From: Candidatus Omnitrophota bacterium
Lineage (GTDB): Bacteria; Omnitrophota; Gorgyraeia; Zapsychrales; Zapsychraceae
Assembly: GCA_018062515.1 (NCBI GenBank)
Contig: JAGOSC010000003.1
Span: 14,495-78,494 of the forward strand
Direction of reading: 5' to 3'
DNA: 64,000 nucleotides
Positions 9,658 through 18,955 of the stretch are shown here, piece after piece. The position numbers were made by a program, and so were the translations under genes. How positions within the stretch are numbered: position 1 is the stretch's first letter; each line of letters begins with the position of its first letter. The notes under the pieces are model-generated. The model did not search any database and was not told where the DNA came from. It saw only the letters and a list, made by a program, of their open reading frames with translations.

Positions 9658-10625
9658 ATGGAATCCCGCCTTCTAAATTTAGCGATAAAAAAACCGCTCA
9701 TAAAATCGTTTGGTAAGATTCGAAGACTATTGGAAACGTCCGGCGTGAATACCATTTCCCCCCAGGCTTCAATGGCCGGATACGTTTGAACACCGGTAAA
9801 TTCCGACGGATCTATCTTCTCGATAAAAAACTGTTCTTTTTCTTTTCTTAAAAACCAATCAATCACTTGTTCATTTTCTTCCGGCGCAAATGTACACGTT
9901 GAGTAAATCAAAACACCGCCGGGCTTTAACCAGCGGGCCGCGTTAAGTAATATTCCCTTTTGTTTTTTACGCATTTCCCTTATCTTTCGCAAACTCCAAT
10001 ACGAAAATGATTTTTTGTTCGCTAAATCAAAGCGCCCCTCAGAACTACATGGAGCATCGACGAGAATCCGGTCAAATAGGACATCGGATTTAAATTTTCG
10101 CGCGTCCATACATATTGTTTTAATATTCACCGCATTGTGCAATTTAATGACAGATTTGAGTTTAAACAAACGCTCTTTCACGGCTTCAACCGCGATAATT
10201 TCTCCAGTATCCTTCATCATTTGGGACATTTGAGTCGTTTTGCTTCCCGGGGCGGCGCAGACATCGAGAATTTTTTCTTGCGGCTGCGGATTCAAAACGA
10301 CCGGAACCAGTAAACTCGATAAACCTTGACGGTAAATGGCGCCGGATTCTTCCAATTCTCTAATTTCATCTATGTTTTCCCCGCTTTTGACAATGTATGC
10401 AGCATTAAACCACGGGATTTCTTCGACGCTTAATCCCGACGATAAAATTCTTTTTAGGACGGCATCCTTTGGATGATTGACATTGATGCGAAAGGTAATG
10501 GCCAAATCATTTTCAAAAGATTGAAGAACCTGTTCGTAATAGCCTGGCGGAACGATTTGTTTCAATCGTTCAACAAAATTAAAAGGCAAGCGTTGTTCTA
10601 TGTCAGCTGAATTATGTTTGGGCAT
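9654..10625 (-). CDS. RsmB/RsmF (NOL1/NOP2/Sun) family rRNA m5C methyltransferase
   Basis: DVCAAPGSKTTQ (SAM-binding), FDRILVDAPCSSEG (motif IV Cys) and TCT (motif VI). Confidence 0.7.
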   Translation of the reverse strand: MPKHNSADIEQRLPFNFVERLKQIVPPGYYEQVLQSFENDLAITFRINVNHPKDAVLKRILSSGLSVEEIPWFNAAYIVKSGENIDEIRELEESGAIYRQGLSSLLVPVVLNPQPQEKILDVCAAPGSKTTQMSQMMKDTGEIIAVEAVKERLFKLKSVIKLHNAVNIKTICMDARKFKSDVLFDRILVDAPCSSEGRFDLANKKSFSYWSLRKIREMRKKQKGILLNAARWLKPGGVLIYSTCTFAPEENEQVIDWFLRKEKEQFFIEKIDPSEFTGVQTYPAIEAWGEMVFTPDVSNSLRILPNDFMSGFFIAKFRRRDSI

Positions 10626-10631
10626 ATTCTT

Positions 10632-12257
10632 TTACCACACCATTTGTTCAATAGATGGCGGAACATAAATGTTTTGTTTCTTTAATTCCAAAAGCTGTTT
10701 CTGCGCCGCGAGTTTATTATTCGTTCTCGCGTAATAAACCACCAAACTTTTACGGGCATCCACATTCCTCGGATTTAATTCTACAGCCTTTTCCCAGGCG
10801 TCCAGCGCCTGCGTGTATTTGTGTTGATCACGATAAAACAATCCTAAATTGTAATAAACATTGTCGTACGTCGGATTAATCTTAATTTCACGGAAAAAAG
10901 ATTCTTGAGCCTTTTGTTTATCTCCCTTTAGTCCATAAATAAGCCCCAAATTATTATTCACCATATATTCATTTGGGTTTAACTGCAAAGCCCGTATAAA
11001 CTCCTTCTCGGCCGCGTCATAACGCTGATCCAAAAAATACATGGCCCCCAAATTCCGGTGTGCCAAGGGCGAATGCGGTGACGTCTGTACAGCATTATTC
11101 CAAAAAGCGTATCTATCTTTATAATTCTGTGCGTTGGCCCACGTCAAAGAGGATAAAAAAATAATAATGACCACCGCTGGTATAAAACTCATTTTATTAA
11201 AGCGTTTGACCACCGCTTGGATCACATTACTCTCGAGAAGAACGATCATCACTCCGATCATTGGAATATACACGCGGTACTCATGAACAATAAAACTGCC
11301 GATAAATGACGGCATTAAAAATATCAAGAACCATAAAATCCCGAATAGGATTTTTTTCCAATTTTTTTTAATAGGCAGTAAACACCCAGCGGCTAAAATT
11401 CCTGCGGCGGCGAAGCCATACATAAGATTTATATCTTGTAAAAACGGAAGAACAGATAACCGCACCGGAAAAAGAATTTTTCCCAAATATACGAAAACCG
11501 CTGAAAAATTATCCCATAAACTTTTAATAACATAATCTAAGGACACATTTGATAAATCACCGAGAATTAATTTTCTCAGCAATAAATATCCGCCGAGGCT
11601 TAACAACCACAGCGTCGACAAACTTATAATTAATTTAATAGATATATTTTTTTGATTAAAAAGAAAAATATATAAAAAACACACAGACGGAAGGGCAACG
11701 GCTGTCTCTTTCGTTAGAAATGAAAAAATCATAAATATAAAATGCAATCCCAACTGCCACCATTTTCTTGTATCCAAATAATTTGAAAAACAGATAAAAG
11801 ATAGCAGCACAAAGAAAGCTAATAGAGAATCCGTCCGTCCAGGAATCCAAACAATGGCCTGAGTCAAGACCGGATGAATGGCAAAACAAGACGATATCCA
11901 GACGGCGATCCATTTGTCATATTGGAACTTCCTTAACAAACAATATATCAAACAACAATTAACAGAATGCAGGACTAGGTTTGTGATCCGATAAACCATC
12001 CATGAGTCTTTATAAAACAAAGTATCAATGATAAAGGAAAAATAAATCAGCGGACGGTAAAATAATCCGGTTAATAAATCCGGCCTTAAAAACACCGTCC
12101 ATAAATTGGATATATCTTTTAAATAACTGTGTGCGTCCAGAAACCAAACATTATCATCCAGGTAAGTCAGTTGAAATTTTAATGTATGGACATACATACC
12201 GACGCATAAAAGAAATAGCGCCAAACAAGCTATTACATCAAAAATGATCCTTTTCAT
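10632..12257 (-). CDS. Polytopic membrane protein with C-terminal TPR repeats (PMT_2/TMTC-like putative glycosyltransferase)
   Basis: An N-terminal DDxxWFxD...YRPL...HxxN pattern and about 10 TM helices, then TPR repeats (NLGAMYF..., NLGLIYG..., YNLGLFY...). Confidence 0.45.
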   Translation of the reverse strand: MKRIIFDVIACLALFLLCVGMYVHTLKFQLTYLDDNVWFLDAHSYLKDISNLWTVFLRPDLLTGLFYRPLIYFSFIIDTLFYKDSWMVYRITNLVLHSVNCCLIYCLLRKFQYDKWIAVWISSCFAIHPVLTQAIVWIPGRTDSLLAFFVLLSFICFSNYLDTRKWWQLGLHFIFMIFSFLTKETAVALPSVCFLYIFLFNQKNISIKLIISLSTLWLLSLGGYLLLRKLILGDLSNVSLDYVIKSLWDNFSAVFVYLGKILFPVRLSVLPFLQDINLMYGFAAAGILAAGCLLPIKKNWKKILFGILWFLIFLMPSFIGSFIVHEYRVYIPMIGVMIVLLESNVIQAVVKRFNKMSFIPAVVIIIFLSSLTWANAQNYKDRYAFWNNAVQTSPHSPLAHRNLGAMYFLDQRYDAAEKEFIRALQLNPNEYMVNNNLGLIYGLKGDKQKAQESFFREIKINPTYDNVYYNLGLFYRDQHKYTQALDAWEKAVELNPRNVDARKSLVVYYARTNNKLAAQKQLLELKKQNIYVPPSIEQMVW

Positions 12258-12367
12258 CGCTCGTATTATAAGTCTTTTATGAAATTTTGGTTTAAAAAAT
12301 CAAAAGAAGGGAATTTATTAAATCAATATGAAGTTTGGAGTGGATATGGTCGAAGACCCAAGAAAGA

Positions 12368-12808
12368 TTAAAAATCGGCATATCCCATTCTTCGACATAT
12401 CCCTCCACAAGGGGTACAGAATATGCGTCCGTCATCGAGCAGAACAATTTCATACTCTAAAGTGCCATTGACCATTTTCTGCATTTGGGCGAGAGCCACC
12501 GAACTTGAGCTTCCACAAGAAGCCTGGGCAGGAATAAGAGAAGAGCTAAAATTTTTTAGCGACGGTATTGTAATATCTAATTGAGAACCATCGCTAGCAA
12601 AAACGTCGTTTTCCATCTGATAATCTTTCTGAGCTATCCAGATGGCTCTAAGGACTTGTTCGGCTTCCTGATTTTCCGTACGCCTAAGGGCTAGGCTGTA
12701 ATTAGGAATAATGAGTGAAATCAGAACACTCAATATGACGATAACAGCCATAATTTCATAAAGGCTAAAACCGGCGGAATTTCTAAAATTAAATGAAGAA
12801 TTTATCAT
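12368..12808 (-). CDS. Type IV pilin / pseudopilin-like protein (prepilin N-terminus)
   Basis: GFSLYEIMAVIVILSVL is a class-III signal (G|FxxxE) plus hydrophobic helix. The start is placed at MINSS (12806-12808), with AGGAAAA 8 nt upstream. Confidence 0.65.
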   Translation of the reverse strand: MINSSFNFRNSAGFSLYEIMAVIVILSVLISLIIPNYSLALRRTENQEAEQVLRAIWIAQKDYQMENDVFASDGSQLDITIPSLKNFSSSLIPAQASCGSSSSVALAQMQKMVNGTLEYEIVLLDDGRIFCTPCGGICRRMGYADF

Positions 12809-12926
12809 ATTTTTCCTTTGTGAAACAAGTATAACACGGCCAAATACGCAAAAATAATTAAGATTAAAAATTGTTGGTTTAGTTTGAATCAACGCTGAAA
12901 TTAAGGAAAGGATTATCTGGAAATTG

Positions 12927-14012
12927 TCATTCTGAAGAATCTTTTTCTAAAATAATATGGCCTTCATTGGCGAGCGAATTTAATAACTGTTCTCTTTCAT
13001 TCATCAGATTAGAAATCTTTTGCTGCGTTTGTTCCAGTTCTTCTTCCAAACAGGCGAGCTGAATATCCCGTTGCTTGAGCTGGGCGGCCTTTTGGATCAA
13101 CTGATTTTGCAAGTCATCTTGTTTGGTTTCTAAAAACCCCATATAATTATTTTCTTCAGATATATAAAAGGCATGGCCCTCGCCTTTCTTCAGAACCTCG
13201 TCATAAAGATCATTCAGCTGTTCCTTAGACTTTACTTGAACCGCCAAATCTTTTTGTGTCTGACTTAAATCAATTTGAGTATGAATTAAGTCATCCTTGG
13301 CGGATTGAAGTTCAATTTCTCTCTCATCTAAATAATCATCCAAAAGCTGAATCAGCTTATCTTGATAAACAAACTGATCATAATATTTACTTTCTAAATT
13401 GGGATTGATCCATTGGTGAAAATCAAGTTCATTGCGGGAACTGTCGTCGACCAAGGTTTGCAGGTCATGATATCCACCCTGATCAAAATGTCCATATTCA
13501 TTTTTGGTATAAAGTGGCCGACTGGCCGGTAATGTTGGCGCTTGTCTTACATAGATGACTGTTTCAACCGGTTGTATCACATTATTCTGTTGATGATTAT
13601 CCATATCCAAATAACTATAACGGTCTTGTTCGCGTTCATGTTGTACACGCTCCAAACGGAATAACATTTGATTAATTTCGGTGTTGAGCCGAGTGACTTT
13701 TTGCTGATATTCCTTCAATGATTGATTGGCTTGATCCGCCATCCGCAGTTTTCTCCGAGGGGAATCGGAAAGAGCATTCGGTGACGCTCCTAAATGACTT
13801 AAGTGAAGATGCGCTTCTTCATTATTAGGTTCCACCATAATCGCTTTTCTAAATTGGCAAATAGCGCCTTTTTCATTACCTTTATCTAATTCTCTAATAC
13901 CCGATTTAATGAGATATTGGGCGGCTCTATTTTCAGCTAATGCCGGCCGACCGAAAACCATAGAACTAATCATAATGATCAGCGCGACTCTCACTATATA
14001 GGTATTTTTCAT
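12927..14012 (-). CDS. Secreted TPR plus long coiled-coil protein, function unknown
   Basis: A signal peptide and one TPR-like unit, followed by about 250 aa of Q/E/L-rich heptad sequence. Confidence 0.45.
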   Translation of the reverse strand: MKNTYIVRVALIIMISSMVFGRPALAENRAAQYLIKSGIRELDKGNEKGAICQFRKAIMVEPNNEEAHLHLSHLGASPNALSDSPRRKLRMADQANQSLKEYQQKVTRLNTEINQMLFRLERVQHEREQDRYSYLDMDNHQQNNVIQPVETVIYVRQAPTLPASRPLYTKNEYGHFDQGGYHDLQTLVDDSSRNELDFHQWINPNLESKYYDQFVYQDKLIQLLDDYLDEREIELQSAKDDLIHTQIDLSQTQKDLAVQVKSKEQLNDLYDEVLKKGEGHAFYISEENNYMGFLETKQDDLQNQLIQKAAQLKQRDIQLACLEEELEQTQQKISNLMNEREQLLNSLANEGHIILEKDSSE

Positions 14013-14430
14013 ACTCTACGCCTCAACTGTTTGATCTGATAATTTCAGATTTTCATCTACGGAATAATAATCACAAGAAATTAATACCAAAAAATGATCC
14101 ATCCACATGTTGACCTCCTAGCGACGGTTCATTCAACTGACCATCGCATTGCGTTGAAAGTATAACACGCCCTCTTTTGTTGACAAGATAGGCGCCTTCA
14201 CTTTCTTTCGACGAGGATCACTTTCAGTAGTTTTCCACAGTTTGGTCATTTTTGAAATTGTCGTAACTCCTTAATTTTGTGTTTATCTTGACTCGAATAA
14301 AAATAAAAACCCGATTAATGAGCATGTGCTTATAAATAAAAAATATTTTTATCCCCTCCTTTTTTTCCTCTCTTTGAAGACAAAGTCAAACTATTGCGTG
14401 TTCCATTGATTTATGATATAAAACCTTTCT

Positions 14431-17034
14431 ATGAATCAGTCATCCCCGACTCTTGATCAGACGATCCCTGCTTCTGTTTCAGAAACCCCGATGCTCAAAC
14501 AGTATCACGCGCTTAAATCCAAACATCAAAACTGCATTTTATTTTTCCGTCTGGGTGATTTCTATGAAATGTTTTATGAAGACGCTCAAATTGCCTCGCG
14601 TGTTCTTGATTTGGTTCTTACTTCTCGAGGGAAGTCTCCGTCGCAAAAAGTGCCTATGTGCGGTATTCCCCATCACGCGGCCGAAAATTATATCGCTAAG
14701 TTAATTAAGGAAGGCCATAAGGTCGCTATCTGTGATCAGATGGAAGATCCGGCTATGGTCAAAGGCATTGTTAAACGCGATGTCACGCGAATTATCACCA
14801 AAGGAACATATTTAGACCAAAATGATCATCAAACACGTTATATTCTCGCGCTTAGTCCCCATCAAAAAATCGTTGGAGTATCATTTATTGATCCAACCAG
14901 CGGAACAATTCAAACCAATCAATTTTCTTATAATCCAAAAAGTCTAACTGAAATCATCGCGAATTTACCTATTTCCGAATGCATTTTTCCTGAATCGCTT
15001 TCCGATCAAATCAGATCACTCTTTGAACAACCTATTTTGAAATCAAAAAATATTGTCTTAAGCCCTTTTGACGATTGGTGTTTTAATCCTGATGTAACCA
15101 AGAAATCTTTGCTGGATCATTTTCATGTTCATAATCTCGTCGGATTCGGAATTGAAGATCGTCACTCTTCCGTGTCGAGCTGCGGCGCCTTATTGGAATA
15201 TTTGAAACAAATGAACAAACAACCAATACGGCATATCGATAAAATTGCTTTATATACGAACGAAGATTTTGTCTTTATTTCGCCGGCCGCGCATCGCGGT
15301 TTGGAATTTGATACTTTGATCCGTACCATTGATTTCACTCAAACCGCTTTAGGCAAACGCAAATTTAAGGAATGGTATTATCATCCGCTTAAATCCAAAG
15401 ATCAGATTGAACAGCGTCAACAAGCGGCGACATTGTTATTAAGTCATCCTGCAATCGGCCGAGAACTGAAACTTCTTCTTGGAAAAATTCCTGATCTTGA
15501 AAAAAATATATCTCGGCTGGGCTGCGGATACACGCATCCGCGGGACTTCATGGCTATTCGTAATACATTGGCGCTGTTGCCGGATATTAAAAAAATCATT
15601 CAGCCGCTCGTCGAAAAAAATGATTATTTTCAGCTGGCAGATATTAAGGAATTAAGAGAATTGCTGATTAACGCCGTCAAAGAACACATACCAATGGCGC
15701 ATTATGAAGGACAAATTTTCAATAAAGGTTATCATACGGAATTGGATGAATTACGCGGCCTGCAGGAAAATGGACGGGCTTGGTTGAAAAAATATCAGGA
15801 AACAGAAATCCAGCGTTCCGGAATCAATTCGCTCAAAATCGGTTTCAATAAAGTGTTCGGATATTATATTGAAATCACGAAGACGAATATCAAACATGTG
15901 CCTCAAGAATTTATTAGAAAACAAACCTTAGCCAATGCTGAACGTTACATCACACCGGAACTTAAAGAGTATGAAGAAAAAATCCTGACTGCCCAAGACA
16001 AAATCGTTAAAATCGAACAGACATTGATGATGAATTTACAGCAGAAAATTTTGGAACAATCCTTGAGCTTACATCAGTTTTGTCAAACGATCGCGCAAAT
16101 CGACTGCATTCAATCAATGGCGCTCTTGGCCGAATCTCCGAATTATATCTTGCCGGAAATTTCAATTGATTCAACAATTAAAATCACCGACGGACGGCAT
16201 CCCGTTGTTGAGAATACGACAGCTGAGACATTCATTGCCAATGATACATTGTTGGATAGTCAAGATAATCAATTGATCATATTAACCGGTCCTAACATGG
16301 CCGGAAAATCCACGTATATTCGTCAAACAGCGCTGTTGGTGATCATGGCTCAAGTTGGCAGTTATATTCCCGCGCGCCAGGCACACATTGGGATCGTCGA
16401 CAAAATCTTTACCCGCATCGGGGCTCACGATGATATTAGTAAAGGACAATCCACATTTATGGTGGAAATGAATGAAACCGCCGACATTCTCAACAATATG
16501 ACCGAAAAAAGTCTGGTGATTCTCGACGAGATTGGCCGTGGAACATCGACATATGACGGCCTTTCATTAGCATGGTCATTAGCGGAATATTTACGGACCA
16601 CAAATACGAGAACTCTGTTCGCGACACATTTTCATGAATTGACCGGGCTCGCGGATGAATATCCGTGTGTCAAAAACTACAATGTTGCCGTCAAAGAATG
16701 GAAAAACGAAATTATCTTTTTACATAAAATTATTCCCGGCAGCAGTGACGACAGTTATGGAATTTATGTCGCTAAATTAGCCGGTATTCCAGAAAATATT
16801 ATCAGCCGCGCCCGTCAAATCTTAACGCAGCTTGAACTGAAAAAAGACTTAAAAGAAGATTTAAAGAAAAATTTCCGTCATGAAAATCAATTGAGCTTAT
16901 TTTCGTCAAGTAAACATCCCGCTTTTGAAGAGTTTAAAGAAATGTTGGATCAAATCAATATTAACCGCTTAACACCGATAGAGGCTTTGACTCGTCTGGC
17001 GGAAATGAAACAAAAAATGGATAGTTATGAATAA
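14431..17034 (+). CDS. mutS: DNA mismatch repair protein MutS
   Basis: N-terminal mismatch-binding GDFYEMF, Walker A GPNMAGKSTYIRQ, and STFMVEM...DEIGRGTSTYDG. An internal start at MLKQYHA is also possible. Confidence 0.9.
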   Translation: MNQSSPTLDQTIPASVSETPMLKQYHALKSKHQNCILFFRLGDFYEMFYEDAQIASRVLDLVLTSRGKSPSQKVPMCGIPHHAAENYIAKLIKEGHKVAICDQMEDPAMVKGIVKRDVTRIITKGTYLDQNDHQTRYILALSPHQKIVGVSFIDPTSGTIQTNQFSYNPKSLTEIIANLPISECIFPESLSDQIRSLFEQPILKSKNIVLSPFDDWCFNPDVTKKSLLDHFHVHNLVGFGIEDRHSSVSSCGALLEYLKQMNKQPIRHIDKIALYTNEDFVFISPAAHRGLEFDTLIRTIDFTQTALGKRKFKEWYYHPLKSKDQIEQRQQAATLLLSHPAIGRELKLLLGKIPDLEKNISRLGCGYTHPRDFMAIRNTLALLPDIKKIIQPLVEKNDYFQLADIKELRELLINAVKEHIPMAHYEGQIFNKGYHTELDELRGLQENGRAWLKKYQETEIQRSGINSLKIGFNKVFGYYIEITKTNIKHVPQEFIRKQTLANAERYITPELKEYEEKILTAQDKIVKIEQTLMMNLQQKILEQSLSLHQFCQTIAQIDCIQSMALLAESPNYILPEISIDSTIKITDGRHPVVENTTAETFIANDTLLDSQDNQLIILTGPNMAGKSTYIRQTALLVIMAQVGSYIPARQAHIGIVDKIFTRIGAHDDISKGQSTFMVEMNETADILNNMTEKSLVILDEIGRGTSTYDGLSLAWSLAEYLRTTNTRTLFATHFHELTGLADEYPCVKNYNVAVKEWKNEIIFLHKIIPGSSDDSYGIYVAKLAGIPENIISRARQILTQLELKKDLKEDLKKNFRHENQLSLFSSSKHPAFEEFKEMLDQININRLTPIEALTRLAEMKQKMDSYE

Positions 17035-18802
17035 GGTGCGCGTTTTACCTGAAGAAATCATTGCCAAAATCGCGGCGGGCGAAGTGATCGACCGTCCCGC
17101 CTCGGTGATTAAAGAATTGTTAGAAAATTCGATTGATTCCGGCGCGGACAGAATTGAACTCAACGTCAAAGAGGCTGGTAAAACATCGATCATCATTAAA
17201 GACAATGGCTGCGGCATCAGCCGTGAAGATTTAGAAACCATTTTTCAGCGTCACGCGACAAGTAAGATTAAAACCATCGACGATCTTTTTAATATTTTTT
17301 CTTTGGGTTTCCGTGGAGAAGCCTTATACAGCATTGCCGCCGTTTCCGATATTATCCTACAAAGCAAGACCAATGAACAAGATGAAGGTTGGCAAATTCA
17401 CACCCGCGGCGGACAAAAACAAAATATCAAGCCGTGCGCTTTTAATGAGCATGGAACCCATATTGAAATCAAAGAACTCTTTTTTAATACCCCGGCGAGA
17501 AAAAAATTTCTAAAAACTGATACATCTGAATTTCATCAGATTCTGAGCACGTTTATTCCGTATACGCTGCTTCATCCGCACATCCGTTTTAAATTGTCTC
17601 ATCAACAACGTGATATCCTTGATTTGGCTTCCATCAGAGATTTAAAAAGCCGTGTGGCTCACGTATTGAATTTAAAAGAAGAACATTTGCTGGACGTCAC
17701 CAGAAATTTCCCGGAACAAAACATGGAAATGCGATTAATCATGGGCGATATTAATATCAAACGCGCCCGACGTGATTTGCAATATATTTTTGTAAACGGA
17801 CGTCCTGTTTCTAATAAGAATATCGCGTATCATTTAAATCAAATCTACCGGCTCATTCTTCCACCGGAATCAGCTCCATTCTTTATTCTTTATCTCACTC
17901 TTCCGCCGTCAGACGTAGATGTGAATATACATCCGACGAAGCGTGAGGTAAAAATAAGACAAGAACGCGAAATCTGTTCACTTTTGCGTAAAATGGGCGA
18001 AGAAACATTGATGGGCTCTTCAGGATTTAAACAAGCCTCTTTCCCGAAAGAGAAAACAATATTTGAGGCTTCTCGTCCATATAATGATTCCTCGTCTTAT
18101 GAAGCCAACTCACAAACATTATTTGAGAAAAATAGTTCGAATACCTACGAGGCCGTGAATAAAGATTATGCCTATCCACGGGCCAATGAACCGCAGGCCT
18201 TTTATCTTCCAACTGATCGTCCGTTGTTAGATGAAAATATTCTAAGCAAACTGGAAAGCGCGCGTTATATCGGCGCTTTTATGCATAAATTTTTATTATT
18301 TGAATCGAATAAGGATTTATTGGTTGTGGATCAACATGCGGCGGCCGAGCGCATCACTTATGAAAAATTGATACGTCATATGGACAAGGGCGACGTCGAG
18401 ATTCAGCCCTTATTGAGCCCCGTTTTGGTGAGCGTATCTCCGCAAGAACTGATTATTTACGAAGAAATTCAAGATGAATTTAAAAAGGTTGGCTTAGAAA
18501 GTTCATTATTCGACGCACAAACCATCGCCGTTCATACTCAACCTTTGCTTTTGCGGGATGTCGAACAAACCGTGCGTTATCTGCTCGCTGGTGACAAAAT
18601 CACCAACCGTGATCATGATCAAATCGCCCGTCGAGCTTGCCGTTCCTCCATTATGTCCGGCGACAAACTTAAACCTAATCAGGCTGAATTCTTGCGCGAA
18701 GAATTGTTACAATGTTTAGACCCTTTCACTTGCCCGCATGGAAGGCCCACCGTTATTGAATTGACCGAGAATTTTTTCGATCAACAGTTTCTAAGAACCT
18801 AA
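17027..18802 (+). CDS. mutL: DNA mismatch repair protein MutL
   Basis: GHKL ATPase motifs ELLENSIDSGA, DNGCGI, GFRGEAL; C-terminal dimerisation region. Its start overlaps mutS by 8 nt. Confidence 0.9.
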   Translation: MNKVRVLPEEIIAKIAAGEVIDRPASVIKELLENSIDSGADRIELNVKEAGKTSIIIKDNGCGISREDLETIFQRHATSKIKTIDDLFNIFSLGFRGEALYSIAAVSDIILQSKTNEQDEGWQIHTRGGQKQNIKPCAFNEHGTHIEIKELFFNTPARKKFLKTDTSEFHQILSTFIPYTLLHPHIRFKLSHQQRDILDLASIRDLKSRVAHVLNLKEEHLLDVTRNFPEQNMEMRLIMGDINIKRARRDLQYIFVNGRPVSNKNIAYHLNQIYRLILPPESAPFFILYLTLPPSDVDVNIHPTKREVKIRQEREICSLLRKMGEETLMGSSGFKQASFPKEKTIFEASRPYNDSSSYEANSQTLFEKNSSNTYEAVNKDYAYPRANEPQAFYLPTDRPLLDENILSKLESARYIGAFMHKFLLFESNKDLLVVDQHAAAERITYEKLIRHMDKGDVEIQPLLSPVLVSVSPQELIIYEEIQDEFKKVGLESSLFDAQTIAVHTQPLLLRDVEQTVRYLLAGDKITNRDHDQIARRACRSSIMSGDKLKPNQAEFLREELLQCLDPFTCPHGRPTVIELTENFFDQQFLRT

Positions 18803-18955
18803 TTTAAAAATTAATCTCGAATATCGAAGTCCGAAATACGAAACAATTTCTAATTTCCGAATAATTAAACAGGTCAAAAACGTTTTAAACATTAAAACAT
18901 TCTGATTTGAGTTATTGTTTCAAATTTCGATATTCGGATTTCGAAATTTCTTTAA
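18803..18955. terminator. Convergent intergenic spacer rich in TTCGAAAT/CGAATATCGAA palindromic words; candidate bidirectional terminator
   Basis: cgaatatcgaa (18818-18828) is complementary to ttcgatattcg (18925-18935), and tttcgaaa palindromes are present. It lies between the mutL stop and the giant-gene stop. Confidence 0.3.

Noticed and set aside
3226-11913. Alternative-frame or antisense ORFs within housekeeping genes (3226-3477, 3931-4224, 4675-4932, 5403-5660, 6524-6769, 7611-7820, 10015-10233, 10655-10879, 11656-11913)
   Set aside because: Each overlaps a confidently assigned gene whose frame carries diagnostic motifs. None has an RBS or a recognisable product.
14453-14704. 83-aa + strand ORF overlapping the start of mutS in another frame
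   Set aside because: It is nested in the well-supported mutS frame with no features of its own.
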